Assembly (NCBI GenBank): GCA_964016885.1
Contig: OZ024744.1
Location: forward strand, 88,598,001 to 88,662,000
Length of the DNA: 64,000 bases
DNA from: Eledone cirrhosa
Taxonomy: Eukaryota
Direction of reading: 5' to 3'
This document shows positions 1 through 16,070 of the stretch, one piece after another (the first letter of the stretch is position 1; each line of letters starts with the position of its first letter). Below the pieces are notes generated by a model that saw only the letters and a program-made list of their open reading frames with translations, did not search any database and was not told the origin of the DNA. Position numbers and translations under genes: made by a program.

Positions 1-150
1 CTTTCCAGCATAGTTACGTCCCTTTACGATCTGAGTTCAAATCCCGCCGAGGTTGACTTTGCCTTTCATCCTTACGGGCTCGATAAAATAAAGTACCAGT
101 AATGCACTGGATGATTGCTGGCCTTGTGCCTAAAGTAGAAACAATTATCA
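1..150 (+). mobile_element. tRNA-derived SINE, 5' end cut by the window edge
   Basis: B-box GAGTTCAAATCC, body GACTTTGCCTTTCATCCTTACGGG..GATAAAATAAAGTACCAGT and tail GGCCTTGTGCCTAAAGTAGAAAC, shared with about 10 other copies in the window. Confidence 0.85.
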
Positions 151-311
151 TTAATAATGTGATGATGAAGATGAAGTGGATGGTGATGTCGATGTTGATA
201 ATGATGATTGTGTTGAAAATAATGATGAAGATGGTGATGGTGTTGGTAGTGATGGTGGTGTGGTGATCATATTAATAAGAATAAGAATAATGTTGTTAAG
301 ATAAAAACATT

Positions 312-628
312 AATTGTTTCTACTTTTGGCACAAGGCCAGCAATTACACGAGGGAATTACTGGTACTTTATTTTATCGAGCCCCATAAGGATGAAAGGCA
401 AAGTTAACCTCGGCGGGATTATGATAATAACAATAATTATTTCTACTTTAGGCACAAGGCCAGCAAATACCCAGTGCATTACTGGTACTTTATTTTATTT
501 ATCGACCCCGTAAGGATGAAAGGCAAAGTCAACCTCGGCGGGATTTGAATTCAGAAAGGCAAGGGCCGTAACTCTATGCGTCAAAGCATGGCGTCCGACC
601 CTCTACCAATATTGCCAATACACCACCC
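312..628 (-). mobile_element. Two SINE copies (partial 312-420; near full 435-628)
   Basis: Reverse complement of the same SINE. Confidence 0.85.
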
Positions 629-657
629 ACAATAATAATAACAATTGCATTAACCAT

Positions 658-859
658 TGGTGGATTGGCAATATTGGTAGAGGGTCGGACGCCATGCTTT
701 GACGCATAGAGTTACGGCCCTTGCCATTCTGAGTTCAAATCCCGCCGAGGTTAACTTTGCCTTTCATCCTTACGCGGTCGATAAAATAAAGTACCAGTAA
801 TACACTGAGTATTTGCTGGCCTTGTGCCTAACGTAGAAACAATTATTATTATTATTATT
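658..859 (+). mobile_element. Full-length SINE with (ATT)n tail
   Basis: A-box-like TGGCAATATTGG, B-box GAGTTCAAATCC, conserved body and ATT tail. Confidence 0.85.
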
Positions 860-1091
860 TTAATGGACGCACATGTGTGAGGACAGTACAAGTCTGCGGG
901 GGAAAAGGTTCGTAACTTTAAGCTGTTTTAAAGTATCATTTTCTGTATTTTCTTGTCGTTAACGAAACATAAGGTACACATCTTGGTTTCAAGGGAGTGA
1001 TACCTCTCAATATTCGGGCTTTAAGCCCGAATATTCAGATTTATTTTAAAAAACTTCGAAAAAAATCGCTTCCTCACCAAAAAAACAAAAA

Positions 1092-2976
1092 ATGGAAATT
1101 TTCGACCTTGAAACGGTAAACAACGATCAGGTCAAAAGTTTAAAAGTAGCCACTGTAGATTTCACCACGACTACGATGGCTACAGACATGCCTGTCGCCC
1201 ACTCTACTGAATGAGAAGGCAAAACTCAAAAGCTACCATCACAACCTTCTGTGTTAGCAGCAGTATGATCTGAAGACGACATCACCACCACCACCGCCGC
1301 CACCACCACCACCACCACCACAACAACAACAACTCAGAGCAACAACGACAATAACACCAACAGCTTCAATCTAAACACGGATGGCGGTGGCAACAGCAAC
1401 AACAAACAAAACAACAACAGCAACACCAATAACAACAGCAAGAACGACAACACCAACAAGAGCATCAGAGGCACCACATTTGCTGCTGCAGCAGCAAAAA
1501 CAAAGCGCTTATTGGATATTGATATTAGCGATAAAGACGAACAGTTGGCCCAGGCGTGGAGGCTAATTAAACGGGAGAAGTCCTGGGTAAACCTGACCAT
1601 CCCGGACGGGGCAATAGCGGCCATGCAAAGGAGGACGGTGTACTTTCGATGCATTTCGGTGCAGACACGAAAAGTGGAACTAGCCAGCCAAGCAGAGGTA
1701 GAGGCTGCTTTGGAGTGCATCGGAAGTGAGACAGATTATAAAGCAAGAGCCAAACCGTTCGGTATCATCTCGGTACTGTTCAAAACTGAGGCCCTCGCTA
1801 TTAAGCACTCGGTGACCCCCTGCAGAACGGAACGCATTAACATGCACCCGCCCTACATGGGTAAAAGGACAGTAAAGGTCCGCATTCCCAGCATCCCACC
1901 AGGAATGAACATATGGTGGCTCCTGGGATGCGTAATCGATGAGGGGACAGACACTACCCTCCTGGATATCAAAAGGACAGAGAGAGAGAAGACTGGTCCG
2001 GAATGGATTTGGAGATTCTTTCCAAATGAAACCAGACGACATGAACAACATTCCGGATTTTTCCCGCTAGCAGGACGGGACAACAATCCAGCTAATCACT
2101 GAGGGATGAAGGCCACACTGCTTCGTCTGCGGGGAAGCAACGCATCTCCAAGCCTTCTGCCCTCAGCGAAAAATGCAGGGGGTCGCAAACCTCCTTTGTT
2201 GCCAACGCCAGTGTCAGGACGGAAAGCTGCACCACCACCACCAAAAACAACACCAACAAAAACACGGACACCGACATCAAAAACATACGGACCACCACCA
2301 ACACCAATCCAAGGAAAAGACGAGGAAAGCTCCCCGCCCCCACCACCACCACCATAATTATACACATAGACAAAACAATAAACGCACACACAGACACAGA
2401 GACACTCACACCCACAGACCCTTTGTCTTCCAGCAGCGAAGATGAGGGAAAACCCAAAAGTGCGAAAAAACCCAGAAAACTCGCAAAAAAAAAGCCCCAA
2501 CAAAACACAAATACATACACAACAAAAAATACAGACACCACTAACGCAAACACTTCCCCAATAACATCAGCACCAACAGCAACATCGACACCACCCCCAC
2601 AATCCCCGAAACGCAAACAACCTAAAAAACACAAGTACAAATAAACACACAAATACCTGAAATTGCAGACACCACACCTACAACAAACACAGACATACCC
2701 GAAACAACACCACCAAAAACATCACCATCACAGTCACCAAAACGAAGACAAATAAAACCACACCAACAAAATGTTAAAAACTTTGTGCTTGTCAGAAGGG
2801 CCAACGATAAACTGATGGCTCTCTTAGCACGAAGCGAGGACATTCAAACAGAGGGGGAGATTTTTGAAATGAGCACATTTTGCGTGCCAGAAGATTTGCT
2901 TCTGGTCCGAATATCACTCGATTCCTTCAAAGAAATTCGAGAGAGCTCTCCTCAAAACGTGGAAACCCGAATATGA
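1092..2976 (+). pseudogene. Tx1-like ORF1 with stops and frameshifts
   Basis: Pieces 1512-2102 and 2785-2976; CX2CX4HX4C knuckle CFVCGEATHLQAFC at 2119-2160; T/P/K-rich low-complexity tail. Confidence 0.7.
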
Positions 2977-3092
2977 AATCCACATCGAGACTTCCCAAAA
3001 GAAACCCCACCAACCATGGAGGTCGAACCACCCGACCTTCACAAGACCTCGGGAGGTAAATAAACCTTCCCTCTCTCTTTTAGCTTGCCAAC

Positions 3093-5180
3093 ATGGCCAT
3101 ATTAAGAGTAGTAAGTTTAAATGTTCGTGGCCTGGGGTCACTCTGGAAGCAGACTCACCTGGTCAACGACCTCAGGTCGCTGGAAATGGATGTGATTGCC
3201 GTCAGCGAGACCAGAATTTCCGACACGTGCGCACTAGCCCCCATTTTCGACGACTATCAGATCTTCACATCTGTTAGTAGGCCGTGAATGGGAGGTGGAC
3301 TGGAAGTTCTGTTTAGGAAAGGACTAGATCTCGAAGTAAGGTCGATCTTCCGGGACCCGGACGGTAGTTGGTGGTCTTGGATGTGAGCAGTAGCGAAGGT
3401 GGTGCCTTTAGACTGCTGGCCATCTACGCACCTACAGGGGCCGGACGATCGGACTTCGTTAGGCGCCTGGAGACCTTTCTGGGTACGTCTCGCCCTTTAC
3501 TGTTAGCGAGGTCCTGGAATGGCATCTTAAACGCACGCTGGGATTGTGTGGGAGTAGCCGATAGGAGCGGGGGGGGGGGGTCCAAAAGCTTCAAGCACCT
3601 ACTCAGACAGTTCCAACTGTCTGAAAGGTATCGACTAGATTTCCCCAAAGTGCCAGTATGGACATGGACCAACCGAATGGGGTCATCTAGATCGTATATA
3701 GACAGGATTTTCATTAGGAAAATAGATATAAATATTGTAGGTTGACCAATTTTTAAAACGGTCGCCTATTCAGATCACATATTTGTGATATGTATGGTCG
3801 ACCTAGATAAAACGCGTAGGTTGGGACCGGGTTACTGGAAGCTGAACATGTCATTTCCGGCACGTAAGGCTTACGGAGACCGAGTCAACAGTTTAGTTAA
3901 GCAAAAGTTGACAGGGGGGATCATCAACAACGGATGGTTGGGGGGGGGGGGCTTTCAAAAGAGAGATTAGAGTAACTTCGATAGAGTTCAGTAAAGAACT
4001 ATAGTTAGAGAAAAATAGAAAGGAGGGGGAGCTGGTAGATAGGTTATACGAGGCCATTTGTAGTGGCATTGAAACTGGCGTGCTAGCGGCGAGAATGGCA
4101 TTAGACAATTTCTTCAATGTGAAACACGAATGTTGCATTGTCAGAGCTAAGGCGCGTGCGCTGAGAAACGAGGGAACCAAAGCTGTTCGATGGGCCTGCG
4201 TAGCGGAGGAGCAGCGTGGTAATAAAACCACAATTCGGTCTTTGGCGGACCGAGACGGACGAGATAAGCGATTCCAAGCGGATGTGTGAGGCCTTCCGCC
4301 AGCACTTTGCTCGGTTGTTCGGGGAGAATGGCGAGTCAGAGAGAGTAGCGGATTTCAGTCCCTACCTTGACGGCTTGCCGCGCATCTCGACGGTCGACGC
4401 TGAGCGCTGCGAAAGGCCGATTACTTCAGCCGAAATTCAGGACGCCCTTTTCGGCTGCATGAGGCGCAAGTCACCCGGTTTGGATGGCCTGCCCTATGAG
4501 CATTACGTAAATATGCCAGACTTGTCCTCCAATCTCCTCGAAGCACTCTACTGCAGCTGGTAGCAGAATGGGAGTATTCCCAGTTCTGTGAGCAGGGGAG
4601 TGGTGACGCTGATAAGGAAAGACGAGAACAAGAGGGATACATTAGACAACGTCAGGCCCATAACTCTGCTCAACACAGAGTTTAAGATTCCGGTTCGGGA
4701 TAAACTCTACAGGCACGGAAGTGCTGTCAGACGGACCTGCCCAAGATGCGCACAGAACGACGAAACCGTTCTGCACGCACTTGTCCAATGTCCGTGCATT
4801 ACTGACTTATGGAATTATGTCGAACAGCTACTGTCGCGTGTGGATCGAATCCGGCTATCGGCCGAATCCATAGTGAAGATCGATCGGCCGAATCCATAGT
4901 GAAGATCGATCCACCGCCTTCCTTAGGTCAGGAAGAGCAGGAAATTTTCCTCTGTCTGGTGGCAGTTGCGAAAGAGGTTATATGGTGGACCAGATTGAAA
5001 GGACTGAAGACAGACACTTTTCTCTTCGGCAACTCCCTCATCATCTTTGTCAAGTTTCACTTGGAAAGGAAGGTGAGGGTGGAGAGAGAAGTGCTGCCCC
5101 CCAATACATTTGCTGAAAGGTGGGTGAATGTGGCAAGAATGGCCTGTGTGAATGGGCCTACTCTGACCATGCGCCTATAG
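3093..5180 (+). pseudogene. Tx1-like ORF2 (APE endonuclease, partial RT, Zn finger), disrupted
   Basis: SLNVRGL, VSET, IYAP, SYIDRI, SDH, GPGYWKLN, KSPGLDG, RPITLLN, CPRC..ETVLHALVQC; several stops and frameshifts. Confidence 0.9.
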
Positions 5181-5478
5181 GCTAGCTAACTTGAGGAGAG
5201 GGGTGCTCTCCCTGGGTGCCCTAGAAGCGCAGGGTGGTTCAGGATTGGTGGGGTACCCGAGTCACCCCAGGGTCGTCCACCCCCTATAGGGGAATTTATT
5301 TTGTTATATTTATGCATAGTTTATTTTATATTTTTATATCTTCATTGTTAAATTAGTCTTGCCATTGTGCACTTTTACTCGACCTTATTGAAAACCCCCA
5401 CTGTCCCTGTCTTTGTATTGTGCCCTACATGTCGGCCCTGGTGTCTAGTAAATGAAATCATTATTATTATTATTATTA

Positions 5479-6050
5479 AGGCGGTGGATTGACAGTATCG
5501 GTAGAGAGTCTGACACCATGCCTTGACGCATAGAGTTATGCCTCTTTACGGTTTGAGTTCAAATCCCACCGATGTTAGCTTTGCCTTTCATCCTTACGGG
5601 GTCGATAAATAAAGTACCAGTAATGTACTGGGGTCGATTTAATCTCTCCTCACAAATTACTGCCCTTGTACCTATACTAGAAATCATTATTATCATCATC
5701 ATTGGGGCGGTGAATTGGCAGTATCGATAGAGGGTCGGACGCCATGCTTTCCAGCGTAGTTACGTCCCTTTACGGTCTGAGTACAAATCCCGCCGAGGTT
5801 GACTTTGCCTTTCATCCTTACGGGCTCGATAAAATAAAGTACCAGTAATGCACTGGTTTAATTACTGGCCTTGTGCCAAAAGTAGAAACAATTATTATAC
5901 GAGGTTAACTTTTCCTTTCATCCTTACGGGGGTCGATAAAATAAAGTACCAGTAATACACTGAGGTAATTACTGGCCTTGTGCCAAAAAGTAGAAATAAT
6001 TATTATCATCATCATTGATTGCCTTGTGCCAAAAGTAGAAACAATTATCA
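5479..6050 (+). mobile_element. Cluster of head-to-tail SINE copies and 3' fragments
   Basis: Copies start at about 5479, 5704 and 5900; tail fragment at about 6019; ATT/ATC tails. Confidence 0.85.
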
Positions 6051-6279
6051 TCATCATCATCATCATCATCATCCTCATCATCATCATCACCCCTATCATT
6101 ATCATCATCGATATTCGCACCTAGCTTATAATAACCACCACTCAAGCCCCGACTCCAATCTTCCACTACCCACCAACGCCTATTAAACGAAGATTATGTT
6201 ACCTTCAACTGTGAGGGATGAAGTTGATGGGGGTGAATGTGGGAGAAGAGTGAAAAGTAAAATGAGCGAATGAGACAGT

Positions 6280-9300
<3,021 letters not shown>

Positions 9301-9302
<2 letters not shown>

Positions 9303-11245
9303 CGCAGAAACATGACTGTCGTGTGGCTGGACTATCAAAAAGCATTTGATAGTGTACCTCATGGGTGGATTATTAAGGCTTTACAGTTAGCTAAAGTCCC
9401 ACAACCATTAGTAGCTGCTGTTGAACGCCTGACCAAGAACTGGTACACCAATTTGATCCTTAGAGGTGAGAAGGAGCAGGTTAAGACTGATAGGATACAT
9501 TACCAGAAGGGCATCTTTCAGGGTGATAGCTTGTCAGTACTACTCTTCGTTCTCTCACTGAATCCACTATCTTACCTACTCAGGAAACAAGGTGGACAAA
9601 GAAGTGGGCCCAGAAGTATCACCCATTTTTTCTTTGTTGATGACCTGAAGTTGTATGGGCCAAATATCAATGACATCAAGAAACAATTGGACCTCATTAC
9701 ACAATTTTCAACCGACATCAAAATGAAATTTGGTGAGTCCAAGTGTGCATATTTGGCAGTAAAACGTGGAAGAGCTGTGCCCTCCTCTAGAAATCTAGAT
9801 ATGAACGGCCTGACAATACAACCTCTGCAGTCAGGTGACAACTACAGATATCTTGGACAGGATGAGAATGTCAGATATGATGGACCCATAAATAAGGAGA
9901 GAACCAGAACTGAATACCTCAGAAGAGTAAAAAAAATATGGTCATCAGAACTGTCAGCATACAACAAATACATTGCCCACAATACCTATGCTGTGCCAAT
10001 TCTAACGCCAACATTTGGCCTACTGAACTGGTCATTGCAAGAACTAAGTGAGATGGATGTTAGAACTCGTAAACTTCTCAGTGTTACTGGGAACTTTAAC
10101 ATCAATGGTGATGTGGATAGGCTATACTTCTCACGCAAGGAAGGTGGCCGGGGTCTAAAATCAATATTAACAACATATGAAACCCGGATAGTAACACTGA
10201 AGCAACACCTTCAACAGAGGAAAAAGGTTGGCGACCATCTTGCTCAGGTTTATGAGCATGAAAAAAGAAATATCATTAGAATAGCGACTGATCTGGAGGA
10301 GAGATATGGAATAAAGCCTGATATAAATCTCTCACCCAGAGAAATCGGAAGATCCTATTCAATGTTCAAACAAGAAAAAAAAATTGACCAATTTACAGAG
10401 AAAGTTGTGCATGGATACTTGAGGCGTAAAACACAGACCATAGAGGGGATAAACCACTCAAAAAGCCTGGCATGGAGTTCCGACAAGTTTATGACATCAC
10501 ACCTTGAGGGATATCTCTATGCAATACAGGAACAAGAACTCCCTACCAAATATCTGCTGCACAAAAGAGGAGGGCCAGCAGCTGACAATAAATGTAGGCT
10601 ATGTAAAACAAAGATCGAGGATGTAAGCCACATTGTTGCCAGCTGCGAAAGAATGTCATCTCGCTACTACCTCCCCATGAGACACGATGGGATAGCTAGA
10701 ACTATCTGGAACGCACTTCGGAAAACAAAATTAACAACAAACGAGGAAGAATATATTGAGACAGATGGCACTAAGGAATACTGGTGGAACCTGAAAATAA
10801 AAACTGCCACCAAATTAAAGCACAACCGGCCTGATATTGTAGTTTGGGACCACACATTGAAAACGTGTTCTGTTGTGGAGATCAGCTGCCCACTTGATGT
10901 AAACGTTGTCAGAAAAATACAGGAGAAGTCGGACATCTACGGACCATTGATGAGGAGCTTACAAATCCAGTATCCAAGATACACCTTTAGCTTCATACCC
11001 ATCATTATTGGTGCTACGGGTTATATACCAACCCGCTTGGACCAAAGTATGACCGAACTTAGATTTGCGGACAAAAAGCGCAGCTCCCTAATTCATAGTC
11101 TACAAATGGCTGCGATAGCTGGCACCTTCAAAATATGCAAAACATTCTTGCGATTCAAGGGATGACAATTTCTTTTCTTTTACAACCTTGCCACCAGGAA
11201 GGTGGCCGGTCAAAAAAATATACTCGAAATTAAGAGAAAGAGAAA
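9301..11245 (+). mobile_element. R4/Dong-clade RLE non-LTR retrotransposon, 5'-truncated
   Basis: RT, CCHC and RLE motifs in one ORF; ~80-bp 3' UTR; (CATA)n on both flanks. Confidence 0.9.
9312..11165 (+). CDS. Partial RT + CCHC + restriction-like endonuclease (frame open but 5'-truncated; upstream part of the called ORF is microsatellite)
   Basis: WLDYQKAFDSVPH, GIFQGDSLS, FFVDDLK, YRYLG, GGRGL, CRLC..HIVASC, RHD, RPDIV..VEISCP..EK..Y. Confidence 0.9.
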   Translation: MTVVWLDYQKAFDSVPHGWIIKALQLAKVPQPLVAAVERLTKNWYTNLILRGEKEQVKTDRIHYQKGIFQGDSLSVLLFVLSLNPLSYLLRKQGGQRSGPRSITHFFFVDDLKLYGPNINDIKKQLDLITQFSTDIKMKFGESKCAYLAVKRGRAVPSSRNLDMNGLTIQPLQSGDNYRYLGQDENVRYDGPINKERTRTEYLRRVKKIWSSELSAYNKYIAHNTYAVPILTPTFGLLNWSLQELSEMDVRTRKLLSVTGNFNINGDVDRLYFSRKEGGRGLKSILTTYETRIVTLKQHLQQRKKVGDHLAQVYEHEKRNIIRIATDLEERYGIKPDINLSPREIGRSYSMFKQEKKIDQFTEKVVHGYLRRKTQTIEGINHSKSLAWSSDKFMTSHLEGYLYAIQEQELPTKYLLHKRGGPAADNKCRLCKTKIEDVSHIVASCERMSSRYYLPMRHDGIARTIWNALRKTKLTTNEEEYIETDGTKEYWWNLKIKTATKLKHNRPDIVVWDHTLKTCSVVEISCPLDVNVVRKIQEKSDIYGPLMRSLQIQYPRYTFSFIPIIIGATGYIPTRLDQSMTELRFADKKRSSLIHSLQMAAIAGTFKICKTFLRFKG

Positions 11246-11559
11246 ACATACATACATACATACATTCGTTATTTTGTGCATTACTGATGCTAGTCGTAAT
11301 TAGAATGGGCCTGTACCGAAACAACACCCTGAAGGTATTTCAGTAGTTCGTATCGATCCGCATCCTCTATCGATTATTTTAGTCTTGTACATATTTAATC
11401 GATCTCTATTATCTTAATGTTTAGGTTTACTTTTGCCGTTTTAAGAAATCTATATAGAAGGATATAGGCAGGTACATACACACACATGTATTATACACAC
11501 ATACACGCATTCACACCCTTCTATACACGCACAAACACAGACACAATTTCACACATATA

Positions 11560-12393
11560 CTAGGTGTGTCAGAAAAGAAACAGGACTGTTGTCCCCCAAA
11601 AAATATTTCAAATCAACACTACAATCTACAAGTTTTCCCCTTCGAAACAATCCTACTCGAATCTAACGCACATTCTCATCCTTCTCCAACACGCCTCCGT
11701 GCACTCTTGGAAGGAATCTCCCGAGATTCTCCGCACTTCCGTCGTCACGACCTCTTCTTGCCTTCCACGTCCGGAAAACAGGTCATACTCCAAGATTCGT
11801 GGCTCATTACCAGTAATGACTCTCCACATCGAGAATGTCCTGATACACCTGCTTGCAACGCTTCTTCTGGTCATCGTTGAGCAGCTTCGGCACCATCTTC
11901 GCGCAGATATTCCACATGCCAAAATCTTTGATGATAATCTTCCAAGCACTATCGCTGTTCATACCCAGTTCACTTGCGATCAGTCAAACAACGTACGCCA
12001 GGTTCGCTTAAATGGACCTTTCGCTCCTGAGGTCGTCTTCTACGTCCATCGCATCCATCTTTGAACTTTTTGTGCCATTCGAAAAGCCGTGAGTACGACA
12101 TTGTCGCATCTCCGTAATCATTCTGCAGTATTCCGAGTTCTTCTGATGGAGTTTTCACCGGCCAGACTAGAAACTTCAGGTTGGTTCGTTGCTCTGTACC
12201 CATCACTCGACGGTCTAAAATTGAGAAAGTGTTGACAAAAGCGTGTGAAAAAATATAAAATGCCTGCAGAGAGCTGAGATCACAGTTATATACTCCCCAG
12301 ATATTACGTCATGCGGTGACAGAACCCGTTAATCCCTACTCTTCTCATAGCTCACACAGCACACTAAGTCCTGTTACTTTCCTGAACACCTCG
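11560..12393 (-). mobile_element. Internally deleted mariner element with TIRs and TA flanks
   Basis: Transposase N-terminus EQRTNLKF..YGDA.MS.SRLFEWHKKFKDG; imperfect ~28-bp TIRs (GGTGTGTCAGAAAAGAAACAGGACT / AGTCCTGTTACTTTCCTGAACACC); TA at 11558 and 12394. Confidence 0.85.
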
Positions 12394-14287
12394 TATACAT
12401 CTATACATACGTATACATACACACACACACGCACACACACATATAACATCATTGTTATCATAATTTTAACATTTACTGTCCAATTCATATTGAGGAAACC
12501 TTCAAACAAAACACTATTTTCTACAATTTACACAATGCTTCACACAAACTACAACACTGACTAAGATATTTATAGTAAAAAGCGGTTGGTGCTTTTCGTC
12601 GGTAAAATGCTTATATTCACCAGGACATGCACGAATCCCGGCAGATGTATCTATCCTGAATCTCATATAATACCTCTTAGTGAACGTTGGTAATAATTCT
12701 GACCTCGCTAGACTCCTGCAGCATATGTGTAAATTCAAAGCCTTTAGTATCGTCATATATTCAAATCATTTGCAAAAATTCAAAAGCAACATCAATCGTC
12801 ATTTTCTCTTTTCTTCAATAATGTTCTTTATGTCTTATCCTTTTCCCTGTTGGATAATCCCTTGCATTTTAGTGGCTTTAATGCATTGCTTAGGGTGGAG
12901 AAACATATATTAGTATATATAATGTAGCCGGTTTCAGTAGCCTTTTCAGAGGCTGGAAAACCTATTTACAGCGGCATCGACTCAAACTGGAAATGTGTTG
13001 GCAAAAGAAAATTCTCTGAAAAGAAGCTATTCTTCAAAGGTTGACTAGAAGTGGCGATTGGATGCATCACATCTGTTACTTATTACCACCTAACCACTTT
13101 GCCTTGTCCCAGTTTCCTTATAGCTAAATTATATTGTCTGCTCTTTTGCTTCTTGTGAAAGGGACCTGATCCATTGGTCAAGCGTTTTAACATCTGCCGA
13201 CTCCCTATCAATGGAGATCTTGTCTTGGTATACAGTAGCTGGATGATACAGGGGATATAGAATTTGCATATATTCCTGGTGAGCAGTTATGACTCTGGTT
13301 TGTTTAGAACATGTTCCCCGTTGCACATATCATTTGTGAGCTGCAACCCTGGTCCAATAGATGACGAAGATTGCGAGCTTGGTATCAGGATTGCTGTCAT
13401 GTGTTTGCAGATCTCTTCTAGTAGGGTAACGCTGTGGCTATACAAGATAGAATTATTAGTGGGTTCAAGAGAGAGTTATCATCTTTATATTTATTTACGT
13501 GTGATGCGCGTTTCGTTATCGATCAGCTCAATGTACAATCAGTATCTATCGTGGCTGATTCTGAAATCGATAGTTCATCAGACTCGTAGATTCCTTAATG
13601 ACAGGAGGTATCTATTTACAGCTTTAAAAATTATTAATATTTAAAAACAGAAAAGAAATGGAAAGATAGGGGCTCTAGGGTCAGAGATGAATGCGAGGGG
13701 GAAGGGGTGGGTGATAGGCTCAGGGCCTAGGGCGTGGTGGTGTTGGGACTGTGCCCCGTAGACGAGAGTTATTAGAGGACAAAAGCGATGTCATTCTCAT
13801 GAGACTCTGAGTATTGATGAAGATCCCCAGGTTAACCCAGGAGATTTATCCACTTATGGACAAGGGAAATTTTCTAGAAATCCCTAGTCTGGCAGTTCTA
13901 CCGGAATGTATTTCCGGACATGAATAAATATTAGAAGCATGTTAGCGACATCAGTCGTTGTTTTCTGTTGTTTACGATAGATGATTCAACTGTTTTACTT
14001 ACACATGTTCAGTAGCGGCGCTTTATTAACTTCACAAGGTTTGTCAAACGGCTGTTATCGTGAGTAGCGCATATCCGGCTATCGGCTGAATCAATCATGA
14101 TGATTTTCTCAATGCCTTCATTGGATGGTATGAACAAACATTCATACGCAATCTGCTGGATATGACGCAATATATTGTATGATGAACAGTTTGGATAAAT
14201 CAAAAAACAGACACATAAAGACGAAGGAACGAGCGTGGGGGTGGTTGACGCTTTCCAGTGAATTTGTTGACAGGCGAATTGAAGACG

Positions 14288-14640
14288 TCATCATCATCCG
14301 GCGGCCTCAACCAAAATGGACTCAACAATTGATCTCCACGTGGGTCTGTCGTTCATTGCCGTTGCCAAGTCCTGGATTTCAATACCAGAATCTCTGGAGA
14401 TGACATCGGTATAGGAGAAGTTGCGCTCCCTGTTATTAGTGACTGCTTGTGGTTTCCAAAGCACTAATGGGGACACACCCTCATAGGTGATACGATGGCA
14501 GTGGCCAGCAAATCTTACTCTCTTTTTACGTACAACGTCGGATATGCGTGGGAGGCCGGCATATATCTCTCTCAAAGTCAGATGTCGCCTATGTATGTTC
14601 TGAATGCGTTGTAGCAGGCGAGTGTAGGTGCCATCAATGT
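14288..14640 (-). mobile_element. 3' fragment of an RTE-type LINE
   Basis: DGTYTRLL..EIYAGLPRISDVVRKKRVRFAGHCHR..AMNDRPTWR followed by a short (ATG)n tail. Confidence 0.7.
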
Positions 14641-15177
14641 ACGTTTGTTATTTTACTTTCACATAGCAAAATTGGTTGAATTCAACCAATGAGAGACATG
14701 AATGAATAGACTTATACTCCGGATAGTCTTTTAGACGAAAAATACTGCTCGTTAGTGAGGGTAATCGTAGATATGTAGGGATCCTTCATTGTTCATAGAT
14801 GGTTTGGTTCATTACTGGAACGAATATGTCATACCTATGGTATTTCTGGTATGTGCGGGTCTTTCTATATTTTGATAACTAAATATGCGTGCATATGTTA
14901 GTATGCGTATGTATGAACGTATGTATTTGTATACATATATATACACCTATATAATGTATATATAGCAGAATCTGCACATTATCTGGCAACTAGATTAGTC
15001 TAAATACAGGCATCTATAAATATGTACATACATATACAGATATACATATTTACATAATAATTACATTTATGCATGCATACACAGACACATGCACACACAC
15101 ACATTCACGCACATGCACAGAAACACACACACATATGCATACACACGCACCCATACACTTACATACAGACAAACAGA

Positions 15178-15221
<44 letters not shown>

Positions 15222-15511
15222 TATAGATATTGATATGGATATAGATATAGATATATGTATAGTGTGTGTGTGTGCATACATGTATCAGTTGGGGTGACAG
15301 TATGAGTTTAGTTTGGGGATTATTAATTTCATGCACAAACACACATACATACACATATGCGTAAGCGCGCACTCTCTCACACACACACGCGCATATATGT
15401 GTATATATATATATATATAGCGAGAGAAAGAGAGTGTGAGTGAGAGAGAATTATAGAAATATATATATATGTATGATAAAGAACACAAGAGCGTCTACAA
15501 CATCAAAAGAT

Positions 15512-15571
15512 TTTTATTGGCTTACAATGTTTCTTCCTTACGTAACCGTAGGATTCGTCAGAGCTATAAAA
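15512..15571 (-). ncRNA. Type I hammerhead ribozyme motif (PLE pLTR remnant)
   Basis: gct CTGACGA ATCCTACG-GTTA-CGTAAGGAA GAAA CATTG TA agc. Confidence 0.75.
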
Positions 15572-15791
15572 GGGGTTTGATTGGTGTTATGGACTCTACC
15601 AACCAAACATTCAAGAACAAAGAGTAAAGAGAGTATATATATGTATGTATTTATTTACGTAAAGCACGGAGCGTATGTGCATAAACACTCACGCACCATA
15701 CTGTATTATGGCAATATTGTGTTAGCTCAATATACAAGAACAGGGCCGTTATATGCAAAAGAAACCAAAGAACGCTTACATACTCAAACAC

Positions 15792-15855
15792 TATTTATTC
15801 ACTTACAATGTTTCATCCTCACCTTTTGGCAGGGTTCATCAGAGCCTAATAAATA
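15792..15855 (-). ncRNA. Type I hammerhead motif; partial inverted copy at 15969-16047
   Basis: tatttattaggct CTGATGA ACCCTGCC-AAAA-GGTGAGGAT GAAA CATTG TA agtgaataaata. Confidence 0.75.
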
Positions 15856-16070
15856 CAGTGTTGAGTATAGGCTCCACAACAACCTAGTCGCACGAACAAT
15901 CAGCATGCACCTCTTCTTTCCCAGCATGCACCTCTTCTTTCGCCATCTCCAATCTCCCTTTCTTTATTCTGCCAAAAGGTGAGGATGAAACATTGTAAGT
16001 GAATAAAGACTGTTAGAGTATGTAAGCGTTCTTTGGTTTCTTTTGCATATATATATATATATATATATAT

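Larger units (their letters stand above)
861..5459 (+). mobile_element. Tx1/L1-clade non-LTR retrotransposon, decayed and internally deleted
   Basis: ORF1 remnants with zinc knuckle, ORF2 APE endonuclease, RT start, C-terminal Zn motif and ~280-bp 3' UTR; (ATT)n on both sides. Confidence 0.85.

Noticed and set aside
12560-13950. Coding-like stretch, possible retroelement remnant
   Set aside because: No motif could be assigned with confidence
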